DNA from: Haliotis rufescens | Lineage: Eukaryota | Direction: 5' to 3' | Assembly (NCBI RefSeq): GCF_023055435.1 | Contig: NW_025964223.1 | Location: forward strand, 54,188,001 to 54,252,000 | DNA: 64,000 nucleotides | Shown: positions 1 through 14,200 of the stretch, one piece after another | Layout: each line of letters starts with the position of its first letter | How positions within the stretch are numbered: position 1 is the stretch's first letter | Notes under the pieces: model-generated | Told to the model about the DNA's origin: nothing | Database searches by the model: none | The model's input: the letters and a program-made list of their open reading frames with translations, nothing else | Translations under genes and position numbers: made by a program

Positions 1-1024
1 GATACGATGACATGCATCAACCAAGTCAGCGAGTCTGACCACCGGATCCAGTTAGTCGCCTCTTACAGCAAACATGGGTTGCTGAAGACCTATTCTACCC
101 CGGATCTTCACGGGCCTCATCAATAAGAAAACATGACATGTGAAACTGATATCGATCGATATACGACAGATGATAATGATACATAGAAAATCGTTAACCA
201 TTACCAATGTGTTGTGATAAACATGATAAACATGATAAACATGACCAAGTTGCACCATACTAAATGATACACATCTATATTCAATATATCAATTATCTCA
301 TAAAGTCTGAACATAATTGTGTCATAAAAATATTTCAAAATCATAAACAAATGGTAGAAAAAGGCATGTGCTGAAATATACATCTTGGTGTTGCATGCGA
401 TAAAGGCTGAAGGGTTGGTATTATAGGCATTAACTAGTTACCTGATTCAGCATAATGGTTAACTTAACTGGTTATAACGGTTAACAATGTAATAAATCAG
501 TCTGATGGGTGCATGGGCAAGTCTTAGTGATTGACTGAGACACATCACGCAATCTCAACAGGCATGACATGCATACTTGATGAGTGAAAACAGCAATATC
601 GACAACACACATTTCACGAGGTTATGAGAAGAAGCTTGCAACATACCTGGACTTAACAAAACTGGAGAAACAACAAAGAGCATTCACAGATCAATGGCAT
701 TCCCAAGAAATAAATCGAACAACATTCCCAAAACAACATTCCCAAACAACATGTACAGGATCATGTGAACAGAGTGATTATTTGATGGTTTTCATGATGG
801 TGGCTAAATACTCGTAAGGTTAGATTACATAAATTGCAAACGTTTATGTGTTTTACTTGTTATGGATTTAATATTACACTGAGGGAAATGTCACACAAAT
901 TAAACAACAAATCTCACTTCGAAATTTAATATAACTTTATGCCCTGAAATATAAGTTCATGAAAAGTTTTTTTTCGAAAACAGAATGACATAACGTCTTT
1001 GAGAGGCATTTAGAAGTTGGAGTT

Positions 1025-1200
1025 CTAAGTAAGGATAAGGTATATAGATGAACAACTTCTTTATTACAATTAGGAGCGACGTTTTGGGGTATGTTCTAAC
1101 ATCGTTATCACTTGCTTGAAAACTGTGTTAGAACCTACCAGAATGTCACTCCTAATTGTAATAAAGAAGTTGTTCATCCATATGTCTTATCCTTACTTAG
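1025..1200. repeat. ~175-bp palindrome of Penelope-like terminal sequence
   Basis: Arms ctaagtaaggataag..gatgaacaacttctttattacaattaggag and its reverse complement; related single arms at ~45565-45690 (+) and ~54930-55020 (-). Confidence 0.7.
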
Positions 1201-1532
1201 AATGGCCTGAGTTAGCATCTAAAAACAACTTAAAAAAGCAGACAATAATTTCAAATCAAATATAACTACCAAATTAATACATGTCCACTCAAAATGAGCA
1301 ATGCAGGAAGCTTTGCATTAATCATAAACATCTGTGGTTCAACCTATTCAATATCTACCTTACTCTTATTTGTCAAAATGCTGAATATTCTAGGGGATAC
1401 ATGAAAATTATACCATAATGGTCTTTTATGAATTTGGTTCAGTTGTAAGCTAAGATTTAGATAGGCCACCATTATCATATGATACCTTTATACACCTCAC
1501 TTATCCAGACATCTCTGCTCAAATACAGTTAA

Positions 1533-1807
1533 TAGTGAGTGAGTTGGGTTTAACACCACCTTTAACAGTATTCCAGTTATATCGCCGCATGTCAGCTTAA
1601 TGTGGGAGGAAAGCCCAAAGTGATGCAGGTCTCAAACATTTACCATTTCGGTGAAACCCACGAGCACGGGTATGGTGCTGACAAACCTAGAAACATAATT
1701 GGGGCGAACCGGGATTCGAACCCACAATCATGGGTTTCTGGCGTGCCCAGGGACGCAACTCTGCACAGCGAATGGCGGCACCTCAGACAACTGGGCCATC
1801 GATGCCC
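1533..1807 (-). mobile_element. SINE family C
   Basis: Full-length copy; degenerate relatives near 11407-11645, 29233-29535 and 42280-42350. Confidence 0.88.
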
Positions 1808-4117
1808 AAAAATGCAGTTTATAACACGTCACTGTCACGGTAAACTCCAAAGGGTACACATATATATGATATCTGAGATATTCTGAGTGTCCATCTCGAG
1901 ACTGAATGTGACTGAGAACTTGGAGATATTGTCATAGAATACTGCCAAGGTACGGAAGCATGCAGTCCTTCATTTCAAGTTAATTCACAATTCAATAAGT
2001 TGTCCTTCATTGTTGTAACATCAGTTAAGATTCTCAGTCACCTTATCAAAAGTTGAGCTTCATACATCAACGAACTATCTTACTATTCCTTCATTACAAT
2101 CAAATCTCAGTAATCACATCTCAATATAACAATTACATAATCTTGCCATTACATCATGTCATCAAAATTATTGTTATATAGCGTTCAATTATCAAAATCT
2201 TTTAAACCATAAATATCTAACACGATATATGAATGAAGACATGTCATAAAAAACATTCATGAATTTCAACTCAAAGGGTCATCCAACAGTTCACAAGACA
2301 GAAAACAAAAGAGAACTGAAAACATAAAATGAAACCACTAAAAATGATGCACAACAGAAAAAATATGTCTTTTTCTACCACTAGACTGCAATGTTGACAA
2401 TAACAGAGTTAAGATGAAGAAAGGTCTGTAGAATCTCAGACTATACCTGGAGCAGGCCCGAATATAGTTACTGTTGAAAGATGAGAACATACACGTCATC
2501 ATCGGCAGGTTCTTACATATTGGATGTCATACACATTCAAATTCTTAATTGTTCCATGCATCCTAAACATTGTTTGTCGTATGCCTGCCATAATCCACAA
2601 GTCCTCCAAAGTAACATCCGTGGAATGAAGACACAGACCGTGACGCAAAACATCACCTTGCCAGCAACCATGTACCGACCTTCCGAAGCAGGAATGAGGC
2701 ATCAATCTGAAGTTCTCGGGGAGTATTCAGACACAAGTGTTCACAATTTCAAACTCATGTCACAGCGTGTAACTATATTCTTGAGAAGGCCACACCAATC
2801 ATCTTGTTTTACTGAATAACCTATGCTAAAATTTGCAAGAAATAAAAGGCTGTGTTTGAGCCAAAAAATACTTTCTTGGACATCTTTTCTTGTAGTTGTT
2901 TAAATGTTGTTTCAAGGGAATTATAAAAGGAAATGTGAATCAACCTTTCGAAACTGATTTTTTAAAGATATTTTGCCTCCTGTTTTGGGCACTGACAATG
3001 GAAATCAATAAAACAAGAATAGAATTGTTTGGCCTAAAATTCGGAAATATAATGGAATTTTAAATTCCCAGGAAAGTAGCACAAGCATTAGCAGGTATTG
3101 GGAATCCCTTGGGACATCTGTTCACATCAAAAGCATTTGTTTGGTGGTTCCTGTTCTTGTGTACAGTAACCTCGAGGAAAATAAGGGTGCTTCCATCGCC
3201 ATAGGTCATTTCTAAATAGACAATCTCATCCAAATCACATCTTTTACCCTGATTTGAACATCTCACACCATTGTCAATTTGACAAAAGCACACCTATTTG
3301 GATGCATATGTCATGGCACTCAAAAGACAAAAGTATCAAAGCCATTATTATTCGCCATGTGGAACTGCCTGTTTACGTCCATTTTGAAGAACTGAAATCA
3401 GATATTTTGCTCCGAATGTTTGACTCACTCGTACTTACATTTCGAAGCAATGGCAACTGATTAGAACGTTCACCTTATGTAACCTCCTACTGAGGATTCC
3501 TCAAATGTTTATTGATAGAGGTATCGGACCAGAGTGAGAGATCGGATTTGAATGAGACTGTGTCACCAGCTTCCACCCATCACACATGCACATAGAGGGA
3601 CTGTGGTCCTGACCAGATCAGAAGGTCAGTTTCCGGTAGAGACTGTGTGAAAACTAATCCTGTGGGTCATGAGGCCCAATGCCAGTACATATATGTCTAC
3701 TTGCCTTGTCTTGTCGGAGCTAATGAACATGGTGAAATAGATTCAGACTTATTCATTGTCATTATAGCTTATTCATTGAAAATGTTTTTTAAAAGAACAA
3801 TTGGGATTATTATTTTCTAAATAACTTAATCAACTTGTCGTAAGAGGCAACAACCGGAATTGGTGGTCAGGCTTGCTGACTTAATGATGCATGTCATCAC
3901 ATCCTAAATGCGTAGATCAAAGTTCATGATGTAAATCACTGGATTGTCTGGTCCAGACTTCATTATTTACAGACTGCCACCATATAGCTGGAATATTGCT
4001 GTGGGTGTTGTTAAGCAACAAACACACACACACACACAAGCATGTAATCAAATACATGTATAATGAGCATGGCACAAACAATCTGCACATTGTAAACACA
4101 TTTTATTCAACATAAAG

Positions 4118-4286
4118 TGAGAGAGTGAGTGAGTATGGTTTTACGCCGCTTTTAGCAATATTCCAGCAATATCACCGCGGGGGACACAACAAATGGGCTT
4201 CACACATTGTACCCATGTCGGGAATCGAACCCGGGTCTTCGGCGTGACGAGCGAACGCTTTAACCACTAGGCTACCTGACCGCCCC
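4118..4286 (-). mobile_element. tRNA-derived SINE, family A
   Basis: Same sequence family, (ACTC)n tail. Confidence 0.9.
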
Positions 4287-4667
4287 CAACATCATAAAGA
4301 GGCACGCAGCAATATCATCCACATCCAGGGAGTTAGCTCCAATTCCAAATTACCAGTAGTATCTTTGGCAGTCAAATTGGGAAAACAGCTATTTTGTTCA
4401 AAACTGTGGTGTATTTGTTACTATTCTCTGAGATCCAGAAGGTATTTTAATATTGCATACAATGAAATAATGTAAAACTAAAACTTGTTCCCTTTGTTGG
4501 TCCTGTTATCATTGGAAAAGAAGCCACCTCTGCAAAGCCATAACATTAGTGTGATAACTATAATAACATGACTTGGGAAACTATTAAGTACAATTTTGGG
4601 CATATTCACTGACACCTGGTGCAGACTTACGGCCAAATGTCATCTAGGTAGGTCGGGATAATTCATT

Positions 4668-5036
4668 GCATATCACCCAGACCTGTACATTCCAGCAATA
4701 GCACATAGACATGTACAGCAATATCATCCAGGTCTGTACAGCAATATCACCCAGATCTGTACAGCAATATCACCCAGGTCTGTACAGCAATATCACCCAG
4801 GACTGTACATCAATATCATCCAGGTCTGTAAGCAATATCACCTAGATCTGTACAGCAATATCACCCAGATCTGTACAGCAATATCACCCAGGTCTGTACA
4901 GCAATATCACCCAGGACTGTACATCAATATCATCCAGGTCTGTAAGCAATATCACCCAGATCTGTACAGCAATATCACCCAGATCTGTACAGCAATATCA
5001 CCCAGATCTGTACAGAAATATCACCCAGGTCTGTAG
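4668..5036. repeat. 23-bp minisatellite (~15 copies)
   Basis: Unit gtacagcaatatcacccag(g/a)tct; ends at the 5' end of a family-B SINE. Confidence 0.92.
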
Positions 5037-5305
5037 ACCCATGAAGATCCGGGGTAGAATAGGTCTTCAGCAACCCATGCTTGCCATAAAAGGCGACTTT
5101 GCTTGTCGTAAGAGGCATCTAAGGGGATCAGGTGGTCAGGCTCGCTGACTTGGTTGATGCATGTCATTGTATCCCAATTGCGTGGATCAATGCTCATAAG
5201 GTCAATCACTGGATTGTCTGGTCCAGACTCGATTATTTACAGACAGCTATCATATAGCCGGAATATTGCTGAGTGCAGCGTTAAAAACAAACAAACAAAC
5301 AAAAC
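5037..5305 (+). mobile_element. SINE-like family B (no tRNA head), full length
   Basis: ACCC(G/A)TGAAGATCCGGGGTAGAATAGGTCTTCAG...GTCGTAAGAGGC...GGAATATTGCTGAGTGC(G/A)GCGTTAAA(CAAA)n. Further partial copies lie near 1-113, 3834-4025, 12290-12365, 15140-15270, 24741-24856, 29300-29377, 34176-34245, 51077-51275, 56205-56265, 57058-57240 and 57912-58103. Confidence 0.88.
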
Positions 5306-5438
5306 CGCTTCAACAACTTAAGAACAACCACTGCCACCTGCCTACATCTTTGCTCATTGTTAGTCCCAAACTCCAGCCGCTTACAAGGATTCCACATGAG
5401 CCATACATCCAGACTGAGCCAGACACTGTTTCTATCTG

Positions 5439-5517
5439 TCACATACAACTCAGAACACTGATCTTGTGAGCCACCAACATCTCCTCCTCACTGCCACACA
5501 CCGACACATACTGCTGG
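5439..5517 (-). CDS. Candidate alternative terminal exon of Dopey
   Basis: Acceptor ttttgtttctctggtcag; phase-2 join to exon 22 reads NQQYVSVCGSEEEMLVAHKISVLSCM-stop; no recognisable Dopey homology. Confidence 0.3.
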
Positions 5518-6163
5518 CTGACCAGAGAAACAAAATACGATGGCAAACCATGAGCTTCATTCCCATTGCCATGTCATATTGTACATGAAGCTGGTAGCAA
5601 TATGCCAAGCCATTTCTCATTGCCAAACAAACAAGTCGGAACTAGCCACACGCACAGTTATATGCAAAATCACACAAACACACCATAACGGTAAATTTGT
5701 AAAAACTGGCACCACTTATTTATTCAATTCCTCCTTCAAGCTTCAAGAAGCCAGACAAGTATTCAATGATAATACAATTCTCAAAAGTATGCAGTGAATA
5801 TGACAGAATGATTCTCTGCAAGAAAATTCTTTGAAGATAAGAATATTACTTCTCCAAAATTATTAAGAGCCCTGGGTAACAGAAAACCTGGTTAGTTGTT
5901 TTCAAATATGCTGAGAGAGATACTGCAAAACTGTATGTATAACAGTACAAGACAAGCAGGTGATCCTATGTTAAAAGTCTGTTTCTATAGAAGGGTGCTG
6001 TTAGTAGTACTAGTGTCATTGCCACAAGCCTTGTCTAGGGTCAGGCACAGAGGTGGATGTGTCTAGGGAAACGGGACTCTCAGAAAGACTAGCTAGCAGT
6101 GCATTCAGGCTTGATATCATCAGATACTTTTAAACTTGTATAATATCTTAAAAAAATTGTATA

Positions 6164-6488
6164 CCGTATTCGACACAATTAGCGCCCAGGGCGCTCTCAA
6201 AATTAGAAATAGGGGGCTCTTATTAGAATATTATTTGGGTGAAAAACAACAGAGTTGAAAGATCGTTAATTTCGTGGTTTTTGCTGACAGCCTGAAATGT
6301 TTATATACGACAGATATATTTTTCCAGAATTTAATTTCCTGTGATTAAGGATGCATATAACACACATATTATGCGCGAATAAATAAGTCTTGTGTACATT
6401 GATCAATTGGAAGGTGTGCTAATTGGGATTGTTCACTAGCGAATACATTAGCAAATATCGCCGTGGGCGCTTATTATGTCGAATACAG
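6164..6488. mobile_element. Tc1/mariner-like MITE, family G
   Basis: TA|CCGTATTCGAC...GTCGAATACAG|TA; a truncated copy lies at ~21585-21879. Confidence 0.85.
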
Positions 6489-7123
6489 TAATTCTTTTTA
6501 TCATATTTATACAAATTTTAATTCTAACAGGCTCCAAAACAAAAAAAATAACATTCACTTAAGTTATCAGTTCAATCTGAAATCATCCTTTTTTTCTCTT
6601 TGATAGTCAGTTTTTGTGGAATGGGAACAGGGAATATTTTTTTTAAATCAAATACTTCGACTCAAATTCCACCTGGACAGTCTACAAGCACTGATATCCA
6701 CTAATGCACTGCTGAAAGTCCCACAAAAAAACATCCTTTCAAAACAAACCTCCATGATGATGTAGGTTTTTGGTTTGTGTTTGTAATAAACAAAGTTTCC
6801 ACACCCCTGTGTAACAAAACATGTCAATCAAAAGATTTAATAAGAACTCAAAATGTCTGTCAAAACTGCTTATAAAAAAAAAATATCATTAAAAGAAAAT
6901 CAAAGAGACTGAGATATTTAGTGAAAAATATAAACAAGAATTATACTAAAAAACCCTCATGCAATAGATTTGACCTTAAATTGGTCTCAAAGAACAGAAA
7001 CGTTTGGGCAATTTTTCATATAGAGATATTGAAACAAACTTTCAAAAAGTAATATTATTCCGATCTATGTACTAAGTATGCAAAGCAGGACAATCCAGTT
7101 AATATCTATCTGACCAAGTTTTA

Positions 7124-7268
7124 TACTGAACAAAGGAAGTTAGGGATCATGAATATATATTTTTTTTGGGGGGGGGGAGATATTTGTTACATTGTGTGCT
7201 TAGATTTCACTACCCAAAATATATCCCCAAAAATATTCATGATCACTAACTTTTTTTGTTCCGTACAG
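7124..7268. mobile_element. Small degenerate inverted-repeat element (Tc1-like MITE)
   Basis: gaacaaaggaagttagggatcatgaata versus tattcatgatcactaacttttttgttc. Confidence 0.55.
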
Positions 7269-8196
7269 TTATAGAGTAAATTATTCAACAACTACACAAC
7301 AGTTTAGTCATATGTGTTAGAGTTATGTCTTAATCTTCATATCACATCACTTTTACCGGAACAAGATCAGATCTGCACTTAATTTACTTTTTCAATATTC
7401 TACTAGTTTGTCTATTTGTCTATCAAAGCCTCACCTACTTGCAAACTCTTTGAAAATATGATACCATAACATGAAACACACCCATATTCAAATACTGACA
7501 AGCGCGAAAATCTTGACTTCACATTTTTGTATACACAATTGACCAAAATATTTCTTTTCCTTATGAGATCATAACAAATTTGTCCCCAGCTCCAGTGAAG
7601 ACTTATGTAGACAGGTTCCAAGCAGTCTGTGCACTGCATCACCTTTATGTGTGTGGACAGATTGCCATTTAATGTTATAAAGAAATAACTATTATAACTG
7701 TTTGGATTTCCCAGGGAAGGGTGTTACACATGTCATATTGACAAATTTGTCTTCAAGAATCAATACTTGTATGCCTCCTGGGGAGTACAATTATCAGCAG
7801 ACAGGTTTTCCAAAATCAGCTGTTATTTATTTTTGTGTCTACAGGTGTGTAGCAATAGAATTTAGTTGCCACAAGATACTTTTCAAGGGAGTCATTTGGC
7901 TACCTCTGAATTTTAGACAGTAGACAAACTGAAATTAAGGCCGCATTGGCAACTGTTTTAGTCGCAACTTTGAGGCCTTATTAAGGAAACAAGGTCCTGC
8001 ACCCAGATAATGTGCCTCTTTGACATGTAGTCTTGCACATCTGTAAGTATCAAACCCATCGAGATTAATTTCTTCAAAAACCTCTGATCTTGCCCCACGG
8101 CCTAAGCCTACCAAGAGATATTTGTAACCCAGTAACAGTGCAGCAAACTCACACCCCACAACCAGTAGCGATGCATTGTCCCAGGGGAATACTTAC

Positions 8197-8252
8197 TTGA
8201 ATTCATCCGAATCTGTGGACAACTCCTGCTCTATCTGGAGGAAGACGTGCAC
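8197..8252 (-). CDS. DOP1A: Dopey coding exon 22
   Basis: [18 protein letters not shown]; ttacag / AA|GTAAGT, phase 2. Confidence 0.9.
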
Positions 8253-11200
8253 CTGTAACCATAGCAACGGACACTGTCAGTCAAGGCTATCTCTCTCATT
8301 TTGATATAGTGACACTACGACACACAGTAAAATTTTCCCTGTACTGATCAACACAAGGTAAACGTCCCCTTTAAATCTCATATAACATCCTGGATAATAC
8401 ATACAAAATATACGGACTTGGATGGCTCACATTGTCCAAGGTGATACAGCTTGTTTGAATGAGTGACACCCGTAACTGCTGGAGTCTCCTAGATATGGTA
8501 CCAACCACAAACAAGGGCAAAAGTGAGTGTGGCTCACTAATACCCCCAACCTGCCTAGTGTGTCAGTAGTTTCAAATTAAATAATGGATCGGGTTAGGGT
8601 TTGAAAAATTCATAAAAAAATGGAAAATTAATAAAAACAATTTTTTTCTTTTGACTGTACCCCTCCATATGACACAGATTATATGTACTAAGTTTGAGAT
8701 GAATCCACTGAATAGTTTAAGAGAATTCGTGCGGACAAAGTTTTCAGATGGACGGACGGAACCTTGGTATAACTTTATACCCTCAACCTAAAAGGTCAGG
8801 GGTATAATTAGTAACGATTATGATCATTGGCTTATAGGGTTCACTGAAATGCTTAAGGTCAATGACCTGCTTAATGCATTGTTTGTTTGTTGTTTATATT
8901 CATCAGAAAGGCAGCAATGCATGAAAGGTAGACATGGTATTTGACAAGAGAAAACGACAAATTCCATTTTTCATAGAATCAATTATTTTCATATTTAATG
9001 GAAAAAGGTCAAGTAAGATAATCTGAATCACTGTATCTCTTCACATTAAACCTGAGACATGGCAACAACACATCAAGCGAGACCTCCCCTACCATTTCTG
9101 TGATGATCGTCGGCCAGAGAGACGTCAGATGCTGGTGAGACATGCGCAGGATGAGGACCCGGAAACACAGGAAGACCTGGGTCATCACGGACGGCACCTG
9201 GGTCAGTCGCAGACTCTCTGCTAGACGTTCTGAAGAACAACAGTGTAGAATAGAGATTTGACGAAGTTTTAAGCAGTTGAATGACAGGAGTTTAATACTG
9301 GGCCTTTATCAATAACACCCATATCTATGTGAAACCTGTCTTGTCCACCTACCCGAGACATCCCTTTAACGATGCTCACCTTATAATCACCCCCTCTTCA
9401 ACATCCCTCCCCTCCTCATTCATATGAGCATCCTCTCCCCCACCCAATCCTGTGGCCTATTGATGCGTTCAGCATCACCCTCAAAATACCCCAGTCACCC
9501 CTTCTCCCCCAACCCTCCTTACCTTCAACAGTGAACACTATCTACAACCACCAACATTGGTATGCCAACATCCCACAACCCCCAAACATTGCCCAAAGCC
9601 TGTCAACTTCTCCCAACATCGCACAATCCCTCAACATTGCCCAAAGCCTGTCAACTTCTCCCAACATCGCACAATCCCTCAACATTGCCCAAAGCCTGTC
9701 AACTTCTCCCAACATCGCACAACCCCCAAAACATTGCCCAAAGCCTGGCAACTTCTCCCAACATCCCACAACCCCTGAACATTGCCCAAACCCTGTCAAC
9801 TTCTCCCAACATCCCCTTCTCCCTCAACATTGCCAAAAGCCTGTCAACCTCTCCCAACATCACCCTCTCCCTTAACATTGCCCAAACCCTGTCAACTTCT
9901 CCCAACATCGCACAATCCCTCAACATTGCCCAAAGCCTGTCAACTTCTCCCAACATCCCCCTCTCCCTCAACATTGCCCAAACCCTGTCAACTTCTCCCA
10001 ACATCCCACAATCCCGGCACATTGCCCAAACCCTGTCAAATTCTCCCAACATCGTATACTCCCGGAACATTGCCCAAACCCTGTCAACTTCTCCCAACAT
10101 CCCCCTCTCCCTCAACATTGCCCAAACCCTGTCAACTTCTCCCAACATCCCCCTCTCCCTCAACATTGCCCAAACCCTGTCAACTTCTCCCAACATCATC
10201 CTCTCCCTTATCATTGCCCAAGCCCTGTCAACTTCTCCCAACATCCCCTTCTCCCTGAACATTGCCCAAACCCTGTCAACTTCTCCCAACATCCCCCCCT
10301 CTCCCTGAACATTGCCCAAAGCCTGTCAATTTCTCCCAACATCGCACAATCCCTCAACATTGCCCAAACCCTGTGAACTACTCCCAACATCCCCCTCTCC
10401 CTCAACATTGCCCAAACCCTGTCAACTTCTCCCAACTTCCCCCCCTCTCGCTCAACATTGCCCAAACCCTGTCAACTTCTCCCAACATCGTTTACTCCCG
10501 GAACATTGCCCAAACCCTGTCAACTTCTCCCAACTTCCCCCCCTCTCGCTCAACATTGCCCAAACCCTGTCAACTTCTCCCAACATCGTATACTCCCGGA
10601 ACATTGCCCAAACCCTGTCAACTTCTCCCAACATCCCCCTCTCCCTGAACATTGCCCAAACCCTGTCAACTACTCCCAACATCCCACAATCCCTGAACAT
10701 TGCCCAAACCCTGTCAACTTCTCCCAACATCCTCCTCTCCCTGAACATTGCCCAAACCCTGTCAACTTCTCCCAACATCCCACAATCCCTGAACATTGCC
10801 CAAACCCTGTCAACTTCTCCCAACATCCCACAATCCCTCAACATTGCCCAAACCCTGTCAACTACTCCCAACATCCCCTCTCCAAATGACATCTGCACCA
10901 CCTTCCCTCCGCTCCCAACTCACCCTGAATGTCGGGCATGTTTCTCTGGTACTGGTCGGCTTCACTACAGAAGATGGCAAACGACAGCCGCTTCAACATC
11001 TGAGCTCTCTGCTCGTACTCTTGTTCTTTGCTGCTGAACAGGTTCAGAGATCCACTCTGGGTCATTGCCACACGTCCTGCAGTCCATCATTACAAAATTA
11101 ACAAAAAAAAGCAATATTTCATTCCATAACTTTCACAGTCAGTGACAGTAGCCAATAGTCTGATGCCCGAGTCTAGCAAAATTCAAGTTAGGTAAGCTCA

Positions 11201-14200
11201 GCTAACAATAGTCCATATGATAGCACCAAGATGGATAAGAAATGATGTTAAGAGCCAAGAGCCAAGAGCCAAGAGTTTGGAACAGACTGTATTCATTTAG
11301 AACTATTCACTAGCATCCATATTGTTTTAAACATAAGTCTTGTGAACATTGGATCTTGAGTGGACTTAAAGAATTGGTTCATATTTTGAACATTATGGAG
11401 AATAGAGAGTGAGTTGTGCTTTATATTTCTTTGACCAGTATTTCAGTTTGATGTGGTACAAAAGCCTGACATGATGCAGGTCTTTGACATTTATCAACAC
11501 GTGCATGTGTTGGTGCTGACAAACCTAGAATCATAATCATGGCGAACCATGATTCAAACCCACGATCCTAATGTTTCCAGCACTCCTCAGGGATGTGCTA
11601 ACTCTTCACAGCAAATTACGATGCCTTGGGTGCCCGAGCCTGCCCAAAACAATGTGTCTTAAAACGATGATCAAACACACCCTATTTCTACTGACCCATG
11701 AGATCTTTAAACGTGGTTTTGTCGTGCGTCATGAGGTTGTCGATGACAGTCCTCCAGAAGCTGATACACTTGACGTCCATCTGGAAGAAGCTGAGATCCA
11801 GCAACAGCTCCAGAGCTTCCTTCCTCCAGGCCTTCCGGGTGTACTGGTACCCGCTGATGTTGGCCAGGATCTGCGAACACGCTCGGAAGCTCGGCAGGTT
11901 GTGGCAGCTGCCAATAAAGAAATTGTTGCGCAGTCGAATATAAACAATTAACTAAACTGCGAATTTCCCTTACTGTAGTATGCAGGGAACTAAACATGAA
12001 TCTCTTCTTATAAAGAGGAAGAAACGCAAATGTGATAAAATATACTAAACATGATTCTCAAAGTCTATTGCTATCAAACCTGTAAGGTGGTATCAATAGT
12101 CTAGCTATACTGAAGCTAGCTATGGTGTAGGGCTGGGACGATCAAATTTACTACCCGGGTACCCGACCCCCTATTACCCGACCCTACCCAGGATACCCAC
12201 TGCAAGTCTCAAGAGTAGGGAACAAAATGTCTGATTGGTAATTGTTTTACCACAGCCCTGGCTAAAATAATTAGATACATGTATCAAACAGTCAGACTCG
12301 ATTATTTACAGGCCGCTGTCATATAGCTGGAATATTGCTGAGTGAGGCGTTAAACAACAAACCAAACCATGGGGCCCCCTTGATGCCATGGGAACCACTG
12401 GAGCTATAAATGGTGTGAACAACACATTGTTCATATCACGTTGCAAATATGTTATCTAATCAAGGGAAAGAGAAAATACATTCTCCAGTACAAGGTGGTT
12501 TAGATAGTCTATAATACATCCTTATCACCAGTTACCTGTGGTTGCGGAGGTAGGGGAACACGTTGGTCAGGGTGGTGATGAGGAATGGAGCCACCTTGTC
12601 CTTCTCATCACTGCCGTACACGACATCTAGCAAAGCTGCAGTCAACTGAAACAAATAGTGTTCACATAGTTTTGAATTCAAACAGTAGCATATAAATCAT
12701 ACGGATTCAGAAAATACATGTATCCATCTTACAAAAAGTTCCCTACTTCTAGAACATCGTAAGCAGACATGGACAAGATTCCTGGGAACTCCCTGAGAAC
12801 ATACGCAACCATGTGTTATTTTATCCAGTCTGTCGTGAGACAGCGGCAGTGCAACAGGGCTGATTATGTAATCATTGTACATCTGGACAGTTTGGCGAGC
12901 AGGAAAGTACTGAGAAAACTGTGAGTGACACACACTTGCAATAGTTTCATGACGCAGTTCTTTTTGCAGACAAACAAATCCTCACATGCTGTTTCCTTAA
13001 TCACACTAATTACAAACTGTCACTCAGTGTCAACAGTCTGATCAGAAAAGTTCACAAACCTGACCTGACACATCTCATCAAAATGGTCACATAACACTGA
13101 GTAGTCAAGAGATATGCTTGCCTTATAACACTACTGTTAGGTAAACCTTCCTTGTCTAACACAACACCACATGAATCTATAGTTTGAAAAACACTGACTG
13201 ACACAGCGTTACCTCTTCATCACTCTGCTTCCTACTTATCTTAAACGAACACTTGCAAAAGTAACTTTGTTCTTTAGTAATCTCATCAAAAGGGTGTCAC
13301 AAAACATAACAGACGCAGTTAAAGCTATTTTTAGCCACCCTAAAAATCAGATTGACAGTGTTGCCTAGTTGAGCACAGCTGGGTCATGTATTTGCCTCCT
13401 CACCTCGGCCAGGATGGAGAGAGCCTGCACGCTGTACTTGGCATCCCGGTCCTGGTTCAGCTGACTCTCCACCACCTTCCGCTCCGCAACAATCACCTCC
13501 ACATCTAGCACAAGACAATGTCAACCATTATACTTCTACACGTCAACACCCCAGGCCCTCAACACCCCGGTCCCTCAACACTCTGGTCCCTCAACACCCC
13601 GGTCCTTCAACACCCTGGTCCCTCAAAACCCCATTCCCTCAACTCTCTTGTCCCTCAACACCCCAGTCCCTCAACACCCCGGTCCTTCAACACACAGTCC
13701 CTCAACACCCCAGTCCCTCAACACTCTGGTCCCTCAACACTCTGGTCCCTCAACACCCCAGTCCCTCAACGCTCTGGTCCCTCAACTCTCTGGTCCCTCA
13801 ACACCCCAGTCCCTCAACATTCTGGTCCTTCAACACACAGTCCCTCAACACCCCAGTCCCTCAACACTCTGGTCCCTCAACACTCTGGTCCCTCAACACC
13901 CCAGTCCCTCAACACCCCGGTCCTTCAACACACAGTCCCTCAACACCCCAGTCCCTCAACACTCTGGTCCCTCAACACTCTGGTCCCTCAACACCCCAGT
14001 CCCTCAACGCTCTGGTCCCTCAACTCTCTGGTCCCTCAACACCCCAGTCCCTCAACATTCTGGTCCCTCAACACCCCAGTCCCTCAACACCGCAGTCCCT
14101 CAACACCGCAGTCCCTCAACACACTGGTCAACCGGTCACAGATACAACCTTCACTTCTATATTGTTAACACCCCAGCTGCTCAACTCTCTGGTCCCTCTG

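Noticed and set aside
9531-11037. Long overlapping ORFs on both strands
   Set aside because: They result from a stop-poor 48-bp repeat in an intron; no splice or homology support.
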